A DNA stretch of 64,000 bases from Planctomycetia bacterium (GTDB lineage: Bacteria; Planctomycetota; Planctomycetia; Pirellulales; JALHLM01): NCBI GenBank assembly GCA_034440135.1, contig JAWXBP010000256.1:10579-74578 (forward strand). Direction: 5' to 3'. The notes under the pieces were generated by a model, which was not told where the DNA came from, made no database searches, and saw nothing but the letters and a program-made list of their open reading frames with translations. The position numbers were made by a program, and so were the translations under genes. Shown here piece after piece: positions 54,507-64,000 of this stretch. The stretch's first letter is position 1. Every line of letters begins with the position of its first letter.

Positions 54507-56478
54507 ACGGCTTTTGCGCCGCGGCGCCGCCGCCCGTGTTCAAGCGTTGAACATTGTTCCACGTCATCTTGACGGGATTCAGCAGGCCGTCGCCGTTGGT
54601 CATGATGTCGTAGGTCGTGCGCGTCGGATGGTCGCCTTCAAAGTACGTGTTGCTGACGTCGATTCGCGTGTACCCGTTGTTGGCCGCTTGCCAGTCGATG
54701 CCGGCGCCCCAGAAGCCGACGATCCGGCAATCGACCATCGTCAGTTTGCCGACCTTGATGCGTTCCATCGCGTAAGCCGGGGAATAGCCGCCGTCGCCGA
54801 TGGCGACTCGCTCCATGTACAGTTCTTCCATGGGGTCTTCGAGGCCCGAGCCGTCGTGCGTCTCTTGCTGCATGAACAGATTGCGATTCAAGTAAACGTT
54901 GCGCATCGTGACCCTGCCCATGCCCTCGGCGAAGCGTAGCGACGAATGGTTGTCAGCCGTGCTGATAAACCTGCTGTTTTCGATCAACAGGTCGTTCACA
55001 AGCACGATCTTGGCGGCGTTGGTAGTCGCCTGCGTACTGTTTTGGGGACCGTTCACGACCAGGTTTCGCAACACCACGCGCTCGAGCTGGTTTCCCGGTC
55101 CGGGATCGATCTGGAAACTGATCACGCCCAGCCAGTGTTCCGCGGCATTCGTTTCGAAGCGTCCGCCGTCGACTGTGAAGCTGAGCCCATTGCCCGAGGC
55201 GTTGAAGCCTTTCACGCGCGCATTCAACGAGACGATGTCGCGGTACATCGCATTGTCGCCAACCTGGCGGTAGCCAGAGTGACCGGCGCTGATCGAGCGC
55301 GTTTCCGTGAGGCGATTGCCCGTGCCAAATACGACAAAGTTTTGGCCGGACGCTTCGGAAATTCCGTCTTCGGCCATATAGGTGTTCGATACCTGCACGC
55401 GGAAAATGCGATTGTCGTCGCCGACGACGCGTAGTCCTTCGGCGCGGCCGGTATGCAGACCGGCCTTGTTGCCGTCGATATTGACGTACGAGACCAGGTT
55501 GTGGTCGCCGTCGATCGTCAAGACGCCCACATTGGCGGAAGCGTTCTTCAGCTTGAGCGTGCCCGGTCCGCTAATCTTCAAATGGTCGCCGTACAGTCGC
55601 AGGTTGTCGACGACGAACACGCCGGCGGGAATGTAGATCAGGCTGTGGCCAGCAGCGTCCGCGGCATTGAAGGCCGCTTGAATGGCCGCGGTGTCGTCGC
55701 TGCCGTTGTTGGCGGTCGCGCCGAAATCGCGGACGTCGAAGTACGGCTGCCGGGCGTATTCCACGCCTGCCAGCAGGGAGGCTTGCGCCTGCGCCTGGCT
55801 CATGCCGCCGCGCATCAGGCCGACCCAAAAGGTCCCGCCTCCCGGATCGACGTCGCGATGCAAGTAGTCGTGATACCAGCTATCCACGGCCTGCAGCCGG
55901 AACTCGTCGCTGGTCACAAAACCGTACGCGACATTGGCCAACGCCGCGCGGCTCATCACGTCGATCCAGTAATTCTCCTCAGAGTCGACGGCCGTGCGGC
56001 GCAAGAGATCGTTGTAGAGCGATTGAATCGCGCCTTGTTTGGTGCCGCCGGCCTTGTGGAAGTATTCGCCGGAGCCGATCAGCGACGCACGGACGACCTC
56101 TGGGCCGCCGGTGGCGTCCCAGACGTTGAGCCAGAATTCCAGGCCCGAGGGATCGACGTTCCGACCCAGGACTTTTTGATAGTAGTCGTCGACGGCCGCC
56201 GCGCGCCGCTCGCGGGAGTTGATCAGCGACAGCGCAATGGAGGTCTTCGTGACCCCGGCGCCCAACCGGTCGGTCCAATAGTCGGTTTCGGCGTTGGCGG
56301 CCGGACGACCCATGACGTCGAGATAGAGGCGCTTGACCCATGCCCCTTCCGAGATATCCGCCGCCGGTTCCGGTTCCCCCGGGGCGACCGACAACATTTC
56401 CCGTGGTTCAAGCGCCTCCATACGGCGTTGAACACTGTCAGGGCGGATGCCTGCTCGCGTACGGCGCGTGGTCCCCAT
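54505..56478 (-). CDS. secreted protein: N-terminal LEPR..LS motif, DUF4214 repeats, right-handed beta-helix (pectate-lyase-3-like) domain
   Basis: MEALEPREMLS motif, DUF4214-type units (YLDVMGRPANAETDYWTDRL, three or four times), and VRDFGATANNGSDDTAAIQAAFNAADAAGHSLIYIPAGVF followed by a parallel beta-helix periodicity. Confidence 0.7.
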   Translation of the reverse strand: MGTTRRTRAGIRPDSVQRRMEALEPREMLSVAPGEPEPAADISEGAWVKRLYLDVMGRPAANAETDYWTDRLGAGVTKTSIALSLINSRERRAAAVDDYYQKVLGRNVDPSGLEFWLNVWDATGGPEVVRASLIGSGEYFHKAGGTKQGAIQSLYNDLLRRTAVDSEENYWIDVMSRAALANVAYGFVTSDEFRLQAVDSWYHDYLHRDVDPGGGTFWVGLMRGGMSQAQAQASLLAGVEYARQPYFDVRDFGATANNGSDDTAAIQAAFNAADAAGHSLIYIPAGVFVVDNLRLYGDHLKISGPGTLKLKNASANVGVLTIDGDHNLVSYVNIDGNKAGLHTGRAEGLRVVGDDNRIFRVQVSNTYMAEDGISEASGQNFVVFGTGNRLTETRSISAGHSGYRQVGDNAMYRDIVSLNARVKGFNASGNGLSFTVDGGRFETNAAEHWLGVISFQIDPGPGNQLERVVLRNLVVNGPQNSTQATTNAAKIVLVNDLLIENSRFISTADNHSSLRFAEGMGRVTMRNVYLNRNLFMQQETHDGSGLEDPMEELYMERVAIGDGGYSPAYAMERIKVGKLTMVDCRIVGFWGAGIDWQAANNGYTRIDVSNTYFEGDHPTRTTYDIMTNGDGLLNPVKMTWNNVQRLNTGGGAAAQKP

Positions 56479-56982
56479 AGTTATTTCCGAAGGTGCGTGG
56501 CTCCGCTGGCGTCATGGGCGTCGCTATGCCGATCGCGGCGGACAGTCGTGCTAGATGACCTGGCACGGTCGTCCGGGAAGTCGCGATTGCGCGTAGCGCC
56601 GCCGTCAACGAATGGGGGTCCCGCGAAGGAGTTCCGGTTCCTTCGCGACACGGAACGCGATATCAAGTGATATCGTGCGAAAACTGTGACAAGACGGGCG
56701 ACAGTTCAGATCGTCCGCTATCAACTAATAGGTCACAATTGCCGCTCAGGCAAATTCCTCGGCGTACGCCGGACGCACGGCTGGCAGAATGCAAAAAAAC
56801 CGCAAACCCGTTGCCTTCCGGTCGCGTAGCATACGAGACGACGAATCCGCCGCATCCTCGGACGCATTCGTTGACACCCTGGATAGCGGCGGGGATATTA
56901 CATTTGGGCGGTTCTCGCGGCAATCCCAGTCGCCGGCACGCCCGGCAAGGCATCCTTCGTCGGCATCCCGGAGTGTCACCGC

Positions 56983-58416
56983 GTGGAGTTCGTACTGCTC
57001 ATTCTCGCCCTGGGCGGCCTGCTGACGTACTCGGCCGCCATGCACGGCACGCTGCTGGTGTTGCACTCCCTGTTGGCCGTTTGGTACGCGTGGAAACTTA
57101 AGGCCACGCAGCCGCTCACAGCCATCGTGTTGTTGGGCTACGCGCCGATGTATTTCATCAATCCGTTCGCGATTCTCGCGGGCTGGATTGATTTGGACAG
57201 CACGGAGGAAGCGCTGTATCTCTCCAACGTGCTGATGATGGTCGGACTCGATTTGTTCATCGTCGGCGCTTACCGGCTGCGCTGGACCAAGAAGGACCTC
57301 TGCAACGTGCAGCCGGTCGAAATCGCCGAGGGACGCGTCGACATCGTGATCGTGATCGCCCTGGGGATCTACTTGATCGCCAGTTGCGTGCAAATTCTGG
57401 GCGTCGGCAGCCTCGATGCGAGCCGCGGCGCGTTCGACATGCAGAAGACCGATATCGCCATCGGCGGCGAGCATAGCATCTTCTTCCTGATCGCGCGTTA
57501 TGCCTCGTTCAGCCTGCCGTTCGCGGGGTTCCTGATCGCGCTGAAGCGCCCGGCGAAACAGGCGATGTTCCTGATTCCGTTGGCCGCGCTCTTGGTCTTG
57601 CATTTCCTTCTGTTCCGCGTGCGGCAGGCGCCCGTTGCAGTGGCGCAGGGGTATTTGCTGGGTGCGTTATCCAGCTACTTATTTGTCACGCTCAAGGGAC
57701 GTCCGCTGTTGGGCCATATCCCCTCGTACGTACGGATGACGGCACTCGTGATGATCCCCGCACTTGCCGTGATGGCGGTCTCCATCCGCTGGGTGCGGGC
57801 GATGTACGCGACGGGCCAGTACGACTTCTCGTCGGAGAGCGCCGAAAAAATCGCAGAAAAGACGTTCGCGGCCGGCGACTTTGCCGTCGCTTATATGTGC
57901 CGCATGGCCGTGCAGAAATTCCCTTCGGAGCATGAATATCTGAATGGGCTGTCGGTGTATCGCTTGTTTCTGACGCCGATCCCGCGGTTCATCTGGCCGG
58001 ACAAGCCCGAGACTTCGCAACGCATCTTCGCCGGCGTGCTCGATCCGCGATTGCGCGCCAAGGGCGTGACGATTCCCGCCGGGCTGGTGGGCGACTTACA
58101 CATCAACTTCGGTCCCTGGGGCGTGCTGGGGATGATCGTGCTGGGCTTTTTCTTCGCCCAGGAGCGGTACACGTCGCTGGCGTCGTTGATGGTACTAGCA
58201 TCCAGCGGCGCGTGGATTTTCCACTTCACGCGAGGCTCGCAAACGGGGCCGATCGTGGTGCTCGGCGTCACGTGGCTGGTATCGCGACTCTTCCAATACA
58301 TGCTGGCGCCGCAACCGGTCGCAGTTAGCCAAACGCAATGGCCGATGATGATGGCCTGGCGTCCCGCGTTGGCGATGCCGACGGTGGCCCGCAAATTGAA
58401 GCCGCGCGGCGGCTAG
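56983..58416 (+). CDS. polytopic membrane protein, O-antigen/oligosaccharide repeat-unit polymerase (Wzy)-like
   Basis: About 11 TM helices with one larger loop and a GTG start. The call rests on topology and on adjacency to a flippase-like gene, not on a specific motif. Confidence 0.45.
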   Translation: MEFVLLILALGGLLTYSAAMHGTLLVLHSLLAVWYAWKLKATQPLTAIVLLGYAPMYFINPFAILAGWIDLDSTEEALYLSNVLMMVGLDLFIVGAYRLRWTKKDLCNVQPVEIAEGRVDIVIVIALGIYLIASCVQILGVGSLDASRGAFDMQKTDIAIGGEHSIFFLIARYASFSLPFAGFLIALKRPAKQAMFLIPLAALLVLHFLLFRVRQAPVAVAQGYLLGALSSYLFVTLKGRPLLGHIPSYVRMTALVMIPALAVMAVSIRWVRAMYATGQYDFSSESAEKIAEKTFAAGDFAVAYMCRMAVQKFPSEHEYLNGLSVYRLFLTPIPRFIWPDKPETSQRIFAGVLDPRLRAKGVTIPAGLVGDLHINFGPWGVLGMIVLGFFFAQERYTSLASLMVLASSGAWIFHFTRGSQTGPIVVLGVTWLVSRLFQYMLAPQPVAVSQTQWPMMMAWRPALAMPTVARKLKPRGG

Positions 58417-58426
58417 GTCTCCGCGC

Positions 58427-59794
58427 ATGACTTCCTCGACCGCCGCGGAACCCGTGCAGCCATCCGGTGCCGTGCCCGACGCTCCTTCGGTCCCGCCCGT
58501 CAAGGAAACCACGCGCCGCCGCGTGATTCGACTTGGCGGTTACACGGCTTGGACGGTCGCGGCCCTGGCGATGCCGCTGGTGCTCGATCGCCTCATCGCC
58601 TGCCCGATTCTCCGCCAGCGCTTGGGCGCCGTCCCCTTTGGCAGTTTCATCTGGGTACGCTCGTTGGCGTATATGTTCGGAAACATCGTGGCCAACGGGT
58701 TCTCGATTCCCTTCCTGCGCGACCTGGTCAAACAAACCGACGAGGAGGTGCGCATCCGGATGCGCACGGCGCTCCTGTTGACGTCCGTGATGACGTGCGC
58801 GGTGATGTGCTGCGTGAGCGTCGTGGCTTGTTACTTCGGCAAACCGTTTGTGTGGCGCCACGCCGAGGCGTTGTTTCTGCCCTTTATCGGATTTGCGATC
58901 GCGCGGTCGCTGGATCTCGTGATCACGGTGCGGCTGCGCGTGCAGCGCCGCGTGCGGCAGATCTTCATCCTCCGCACCGTGGAAGGCGTGATCCTCAGCG
59001 CCGCGGCGATTTTCTTCCCCACCCGCGACATCCTGCTCATCGCTTTGATTTATTTCTCCAGCACGCTGATCCCGATGCTGATGACCGGCTTTTTCAATCG
59101 CGACGTCCTCGCCGGTGGGCGGGGCTGGGATTGGGGTTGCGCGAAGGAGTTATTGAAACAAGCGCCGGCCGGGAGTCTGATGGTGGCCATCGACAGCGCG
59201 CAGGTTTATCTGCCGATCATCCTGCTCGGCGCGATGGCCGGCCAGAACGCGGTGCCCGCGTTTTATGCCGCCGGCGTCGGGTATGCCTTCCTGACGCCCA
59301 TCACGCACCTGGGTCAGGCGGTGCTGAGCCTGATCTCTGGCAAGAAGACTTTTGATCTGCACGGCCGCCGCGGGCGGATTTATCTCGCCACGACGCTCGG
59401 CCTCGCGCTCGCCGTCGGGCTGACTTCGTACATCGTCGGCCGCTGGCTGGCCGAATACCTCTATCCGCTCGACGCACCGGAGACGCTGAAGTTCTATCAC
59501 TGGATGGCGATCGCCAACGGCTGCGCTTCGGTCCGCGCCTTAATGCGGCCGATCGGTCTTAAATTCGCGCCGCTGAAGAGCGTAGTCCGGCTCTCGTGGA
59601 TCACGCTGGCCGCGCAAGTCGTCGCCCTCGTGGCCCTGATCCCTTTTTGGCAAGCCGCCGGGGCAGCGGTGGCGCTGGCGATCTCGTCTGCCGTTGGAAT
59701 GGTGATCTGGATGGTAATTTTCGAGCAGTTTCGCAGTGGAGCGGCCAGCGCCGCGGAGATCGCTTCTGAGGGTATTGCGTCGGACACGGAATAG
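58427..59794 (+). CDS. polysaccharide flippase (Wzx/MOP superfamily)-like membrane protein
   Basis: 455 aa, about 12-14 TM helices, basic loops. It starts 11 nt after the preceding membrane gene. Confidence 0.45.
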   Translation: MTSSTAAEPVQPSGAVPDAPSVPPVKETTRRRVIRLGGYTAWTVAALAMPLVLDRLIACPILRQRLGAVPFGSFIWVRSLAYMFGNIVANGFSIPFLRDLVKQTDEEVRIRMRTALLLTSVMTCAVMCCVSVVACYFGKPFVWRHAEALFLPFIGFAIARSLDLVITVRLRVQRRVRQIFILRTVEGVILSAAAIFFPTRDILLIALIYFSSTLIPMLMTGFFNRDVLAGGRGWDWGCAKELLKQAPAGSLMVAIDSAQVYLPIILLGAMAGQNAVPAFYAAGVGYAFLTPITHLGQAVLSLISGKKTFDLHGRRGRIYLATTLGLALAVGLTSYIVGRWLAEYLYPLDAPETLKFYHWMAIANGCASVRALMRPIGLKFAPLKSVVRLSWITLAAQVVALVALIPFWQAAGAAVALAISSAVGMVIWMVIFEQFRSGAASAAEIASEGIASDTE

Positions 59795-59908
59795 CACGCC
59801 GGACGGCGCAAGCGGCCGACTTGTTGCCGGCTCGCACGCGAATCACAATGTCGTGGCGACGTTGCCATACGATTCGAGCCCTCCGACCGCATAGCGGGAC
59901 ACTCACCT

Positions 59909-60883
59909 GTGCCACAAAACGCCTCCCAAGTCTCCCGCCGTCAACTTCTCCAGTCCCTGGCCGTCGCCGGTGTGGCCGGGGCGGCGATTTCTCGTGATCA
60001 GGTGTTTGCCATGGATGCTCCCGCGCCCGCCGCTGCGACGGCCGAGAAGCCGTTTAAGCTTTGTTTGAACACCAGCACGATTCGCGGGCAGGAACTCGGT
60101 ATCGAGCGGGAAATCGAACTGGCCGCCAAGGTCGGCTTCGATTCGCTGGAGCCGTGGGTTGATCAGCTGACCAAGTACCGCGATGCGGGCGGGTCGCTCA
60201 AGGATCTCGGCAAACGCATTGCGGACCTGGGCCTGACCGTCGAAAGTGGGATCGCGTTTACTGCCTGGATTGTCGACGACGACGCGAAGCGCGCTGCGGC
60301 GCTGGAGGACACGAAGCGGGCGATGGAGATCATCGCCGAAATTGGCGGCAAGCGAATCGCCGCGCCGCCGGTCGGCGCTACGGATGTTCAAGACACCGAC
60401 CTGGCCAAGATCGCGCGCCGCTATCGCGCGCTATTGGAAGTCGGCGATCAGACCGGCGTGGCACCGCTCTTGGAGCTGTGGGGTTTCTCCAAGACGCTCA
60501 GCCGCCTGGGCGAAGTGGCGTACGTGGCCATCGAAGCGGCCCACCCGCAGGCGAGCATTCTGGCCGACGTCTATCACATCTACAAAGGCGGTTCCGATCC
60601 CGCCTCGTTGAAGCTATTGAACGGCGCCGCCATGCACTGCCTGCACATGAACGACTATCCCGACCTGTCGCGCGATAAGATCGTCGACGCGGATCGCGTC
60701 TTCCCCGGCGACGGCGTGGCGCCGCTGCCGATGATCCTCCGTACGCTCCACGAAATCGGCTTCCGCGGCGCGCTCTCGCTGGAAGTCTTCAACCGCGAAT
60801 ACTGGCGCCGCGACCCGGACGAGGTCCTGCGAGAAGGCCTGGAGAAGATGCGCGTGGCCGTCGAAACGGCGATGCGGGAATGA
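59909..60883 (+). CDS. TAT-signal sugar phosphate isomerase/epimerase (xylose isomerase-like TIM barrel)
   Basis: SRRQLLQSLAVAGVAGAAIS twin-arginine signal, ...GFDSLEPW..., ...LLELWGFS..., HMNDYP. The TGA stop (60881-60883) lies inside palindromic element I1. Confidence 0.75.
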   Translation: MPQNASQVSRRQLLQSLAVAGVAGAAISRDQVFAMDAPAPAAATAEKPFKLCLNTSTIRGQELGIEREIELAAKVGFDSLEPWVDQLTKYRDAGGSLKDLGKRIADLGLTVESGIAFTAWIVDDDAKRAAALEDTKRAMEIIAEIGGKRIAAPPVGATDVQDTDLAKIARRYRALLEVGDQTGVAPLLELWGFSKTLSRLGEVAYVAIEAAHPQASILADVYHIYKGGSDPASLKLLNGAAMHCLHMNDYPDLSRDKIVDADRVFPGDGVAPLPMILRTLHEIGFRGALSLEVFNREYWRRDPDEVLREGLEKMRVAVETAMRE

Positions 60884-61172
60884 CGAATTTCTAAATCTGA
60901 ATGTCGAATCAAATTCAAATGCCTGAATGACGAATGGATTTGGTCCGACAAACGTCGTTGTGGCACGGTCTCCCGACCGTGCCACGGTGCGAGTCGCGAT
61001 GTCGAGCAATGGAGACCTTCGGTCGGGCCCGTGGCATGGTCGGGAGACCATGCCACAACGAGAAATGCGCGAAGCCGTTTTGTTTTCTCAAGGGACGTCG
61101 TCAGACTTCAATGCATTCGACATTCGTCATTCAAATTTGATTCGACATTCAAATTTAGAACTTCGTCATTCC
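60877..61172. repeat. Nested AT-rich palindromic element I1
   Basis: Outer arms GGAATGACGAATTTCTAAATCTGAATGTCGAATCAAATT... / ...AATTTGATTCGACATTCAAATTTAGAACTTCGTCATTCC. Inner mirrored hairpins are GTGGCACGGTCTCCCGACCGTGCCAC (60960-60985) and GTGGCATGGTCGGGAGACCATGCCAC (61031-61056). Confidence 0.85.
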
Positions 61173-61183
61173 GCTCCCGCGGC

Positions 61184-62773
61184 CTACGCACTCTCCGCTT
61201 CGTCAATGAAGCTCGCCAGTGATCTTGCCCGGATCGGGTGCTGGAGCTTGCGGACCGCCTTGGCTTCGATCTGGCGGACGCGTTCTCGGGTGACGCTGAA
61301 GATTTGCCCGACTTCTTCCAGCGTGTACGAGTAGCCGTCCGAGAGGCCGTAACGCAAGCGGAGAATTTCTCGTTCGCGGTAGTTCAACTCGTTGAGCACG
61401 TCGGCGATGCGTTGCTTGAGCAATTGCTGCGTCATTTCGCGCAGCGGGTCGATATCGCGGTGATCTTCGACGAATTCGCCGAAGAAGCTATCGTCGTGAT
61501 CGCCGACCGGTTGGTCCAGCGACAACGGCTGCCGCGTCATCTTCATCACGCAGCGGGTTTCTTCCAACGATAGTCCGGCCGCGAAGGCGGTTTCTTCGAC
61601 GCTCGGTTCGCGCCCCGTGGTTTGCAACAGGTCGCGGGTCACGGTGCGAACGCGGCTCATCGTTTCGATCATGTGGACCGGCAACCGGATCGTCCGGCTT
61701 TGGTCGGCGATCGCCCGGGTGATCGCCTGGCGAATCCACCACGTAGCATACGTCGAGAACTTGTAGCCGCGTGCGTGTTCGAACTTATCGACCGCTCGCA
61801 TCAAGCCAGTGTTGCCTTCTTGAATCAAGTCCAAGAAGCTCATCCCGCGGTTGCGATAACGCTTGGCGATCGACACGACGAGTCGGAGGTTGCCGGCCGA
61901 CAGCACGCGTTTCGCCGCGTCGTAGGTGTACTGCAGCTTCGTCACGCGTTCGACGCGTTTGCGAAGCGTGGTCGGGCTTTCCATGGTGAGTTGCATGAGC
62001 TGGCGCAGTTCGCGCCGCGACGCGGCCAATTCGGCGTCGCCGTGGCCTTCGGCGCGGAGCCGATCGATTTCGCCGCGGAGTTGCTGCATCCGGCGGGAGA
62101 TCTGTCCGGCCCCTTCCATCAGCGGTTGCAGGCGTTGCGTACGCAAGCCGAGTTCCTCGACCAGGCGCACCGCCTTGTAGCGGCGACGGACCAGGCGGCG
62201 CCACGCGGTGCGGCGTTCGGCGAGCGACGTCGATTTGCTGACGGCCTTGGCGAAATCGCGCCGGTTGGCTCGCAACAGATGCGTCAAGGTGGCCAGGTTC
62301 GGTCCCAAGAGCGCCATGATCTGGCGCTTTTCGACGGCGTTCGTGACGGAGACGTCGACCGTGCGGTCGAGCCGCAGCTTGCCGTCGCGGACTTTTTCCA
62401 GCAAGGTCACCGCCCCGCGAAGCAGAAAATCACCGGCCAACATCGCGTGCCGATACGACCGGCGTGAACGCTCAATCTCTTTCGCGGAATCGATTTCCTG
62501 CGCTCGCGTGAGCAACGGGATCGAACCCATTTGCATCAAGTAGATACGCACCGGGTCGTCGATCCGATCGTCGCCGGTGTCGGCGTCCATCGGTTCGTCG
62601 TCGTGATCGATTTCGACCTCGCGTTCCGCCGCCACCGGCGCCGGCGCATCGTCGTGCGCGATCGGCTCGATCTCGTCGTCGATCGGCTCCAACTCGTCCA
62701 GGTGCGCCACCGCGTCGAAGCGCCCCGCTGCCGGGGCCTCATCGAAGTGATTCAACTCCAGGCCCTCCGACAT
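61184..62773 (-). CDS. second RpoD-like sigma-70 factor (group 1/2 paralog) with acidic N-terminal region
   Basis: [17 protein letters not shown] (1.2), [54 protein letters not shown] (2), and region 4 [28 protein letters not shown]. Start chosen at [10 protein letters not shown]; the track ORF extends to 62833. Confidence 0.85.
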   Translation of the reverse strand: MSEGLELNHFDEAPAAGRFDAVAHLDELEPIDDEIEPIAHDDAPAPVAAEREVEIDHDDEPMDADTGDDRIDDPVRIYLMQMGSIPLLTRAQEIDSAKEIERSRRSYRHAMLAGDFLLRGAVTLLEKVRDGKLRLDRTVDVSVTNAVEKRQIMALLGPNLATLTHLLRANRRDFAKAVSKSTSLAERRTAWRRLVRRRYKAVRLVEELGLRTQRLQPLMEGAGQISRRMQQLRGEIDRLRAEGHGDAELAASRRELRQLMQLTMESPTTLRKRVERVTKLQYTYDAAKRVLSAGNLRLVVSIAKRYRNRGMSFLDLIQEGNTGLMRAVDKFEHARGYKFSTYATWWIRQAITRAIADQSRTIRLPVHMIETMSRVRTVTRDLLQTTGREPSVEETAFAAGLSLEETRCVMKMTRQPLSLDQPVGDHDDSFFGEFVEDHRDIDPLREMTQQLLKQRIADVLNELNYREREILRLRYGLSDGYSYTLEEVGQIFSVTRERVRQIEAKAVRKLQHPIRARSLASFIDEAESA

Positions 62774-63227
62774 GGGGCGGCGACGTGGAGGAGCTTTTCG
62801 GCTGACGAGCGTTTTGCGGTGCGGCTTTCGCAAGGTGCATCCTCTCCAGCGACAGAAGGGGGGACGACGTCGTCCGGCGTGTTCTCCACGCGACGTGCGT
62901 GGCGACTTCGGCGAACTGGAAAAGCACTTCCAATGCCGCCCTTCGCTGCGACCAAGTCCGATCGGCGCAAGCGCAAGAGAAGACGCGAGTTAGCGCCACG
63001 CGTGAGCCTGCCCCGACGGACGCGAGTCGGCGAGATTGTTGCCGGAACTCCCCAATTTCACCCACAGCGTTGAGGCGATTCCGCAACGCTGTTTCCCCAA
63101 CTCTCCGACGCTGTCCCTGATTCGATTGTTCCAGTTTTATCCATTACGGCAACAATTCCGCACGAAGCAGGGCGATAAAAGCACGTCGCCGCTGACCCGG
63201 ACACCTGCAGAAGCCCTGTGGAACGGC

Positions 63228-63299
63228 CTGTAGGAGGCGTCTCCGACGCCGATTGGGCTGCGGCGTCCTCTCCATCGGCGTCGGAGACGCCTCCCACAG
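63228..63299. repeat. Family A palindromic element, copy A4 (short spacer)
   Basis: CTGTAGGAGGCGTCTCCGACGCCGAT, a 20-nt spacer, then ATCGGCGTCGGAGACGCCTCCCACAG. Confidence 0.9.
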
Positions 63300-63419
63300 T
63301 CGCGCGGATGAAAAAGGCGCGGCTTCCGGAGGCGATACCCCGGGGTTTGCCGTCTATAATCAAGTGCGGGAACGTGGAATCGCCCGACGACCGACGGCGC
63401 CCCGAAGAGGAAGCTACTT

Positions 63420-64000
63420 ATGGCAACCGGATCCGCCACCACGAATGCGCCCCCGCGCCGCGCGGAGCAGGAGCACGAGCTCGTCGAGTACGGCCGCTTC
63501 ATCGACCGTCAACTCACGAAGACGGCGCGCCAAGTGCGCGGGATTGATATCGCCAGCGGCCTGATGGGCTGGCTGGCCGTGGCGCTGGTCTACTTGATGT
63601 TGGCCGCGGCCGCCGATCATTGGCTATTTGCCAGCGGCCTCGGTTTGTGGGGGCGTTGGCTGGCGCTCCTGGGACTCGTGGCTGGCAGCGGTTGGTTTCT
63701 GGCTCGGCGTGTGGCGCCGCTGTTGTTGCATCGGATCAGCCCGGTGTATAGCGCGCACACAATCGAACGCGGCCGCCCGCAACTGAAAAACAGCCTGGTG
63801 AATTTCCTGCTGCTGCGGAACGAAACGCACGTCATGCCGGAGTTGGTTCGCGATGCGCTGCAGACGCAGGCCGCCAATGGCCTCGCCGCCACGCCGGTCG
63901 AACAATCGCTAGATCGCACACCGCTGGTGCGTTTCGCGCTGGTGCTGCTTGGCGCCGTCGTGGTGTCAGCGCTGTACATCATGCTCTCGCCGAAGGATCC
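63420..64000 (+). CDS. membrane protein, hypothetical (5' part; runs off the window end)
   Basis: ATG at 63420. MATGSATTNAPPRRAEQEHELVEYGRFIDRQL... followed by TM helices (GLMGWLAVALVYLMLAAAA; WLALLGLVAGSGWFLA). The frame is open to base 64000, so it is absent from the ORF track. Confidence 0.55.
   Translation, partial: MATGSATTNAPPRRAEQEHELVEYGRFIDRQLTKTARQVRGIDIASGLMGWLAVALVYLMLAAAADHWLFASGLGLWGRWLALLGLVAGSGWFLARRVAPLLLHRISPVYSAHTIERGRPQLKNSLVNFLLLRNETHVMPELVRDALQTQAANGLAATPVEQSLDRTPLVRFALVLLGAVVVSALYIMLSPKD

Noticed and set aside
56746-57603. 285-aa minus-strand ORF
   Set aside because: It is antisense to the polytopic Wzy-like membrane protein. Its composition is highly charged (Q/E/R/D) and it has no start context.

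Overview
High-GC (about 60%) chromosomal segment whose gene content points to a Planctomycetota (Pirellulales-like) genome. Markers are a BBP7 beta-barrel, PEP-CTERM proteins, DUF4214/Calx-beta giants with N-terminal LE(A/P)R..L motifs, TAT-signal Gfo/Idh/MocA and xylose-isomerase-like proteins, and BlaI/BlaR1 pairs. I support about 49 CDS, mostly housekeeping: polA, ribD, queCD, aat, htrA, the dnaG-rpoD operon, a second RpoD-like sigma, two ABC systems and a Kef-type antiporter. I recognise no rRNA, tRNA, CRISPR array, transposase or integrase. Three signals stand out. (1) An in-frame TGA sits exactly where the first Cys of a thioredoxin-fold CxxC motif belongs, at the N-terminus of a 1047-codon surface protein. 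A perfect 7-bp hairpin starts 10 nt downstream, so this is either a selenocysteine codon plus SECIS or a very recent pseudogene. (2) The intergenic space is saturated with at least 10 sequence-unrelated families of long-armed palindromic (REP/MITE-like) elements. There is also a composite non-palindromic element that tends to start a few nt after stop codons and carries pyrimidine anti-SD-like tracts. (3) A FabF-like ketosynthase has its active-site Cys replaced by Glu. It sits next to a ThiO-like oxidase and beside a deoxyhypusine-synthase-like gene flanked by ~135-bp direct repeats that duplicate the ketosynthase leader and first codons. All calls come from reading the sequence and ORF translations. 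No database search was possible, so family names rest on recognised motifs.
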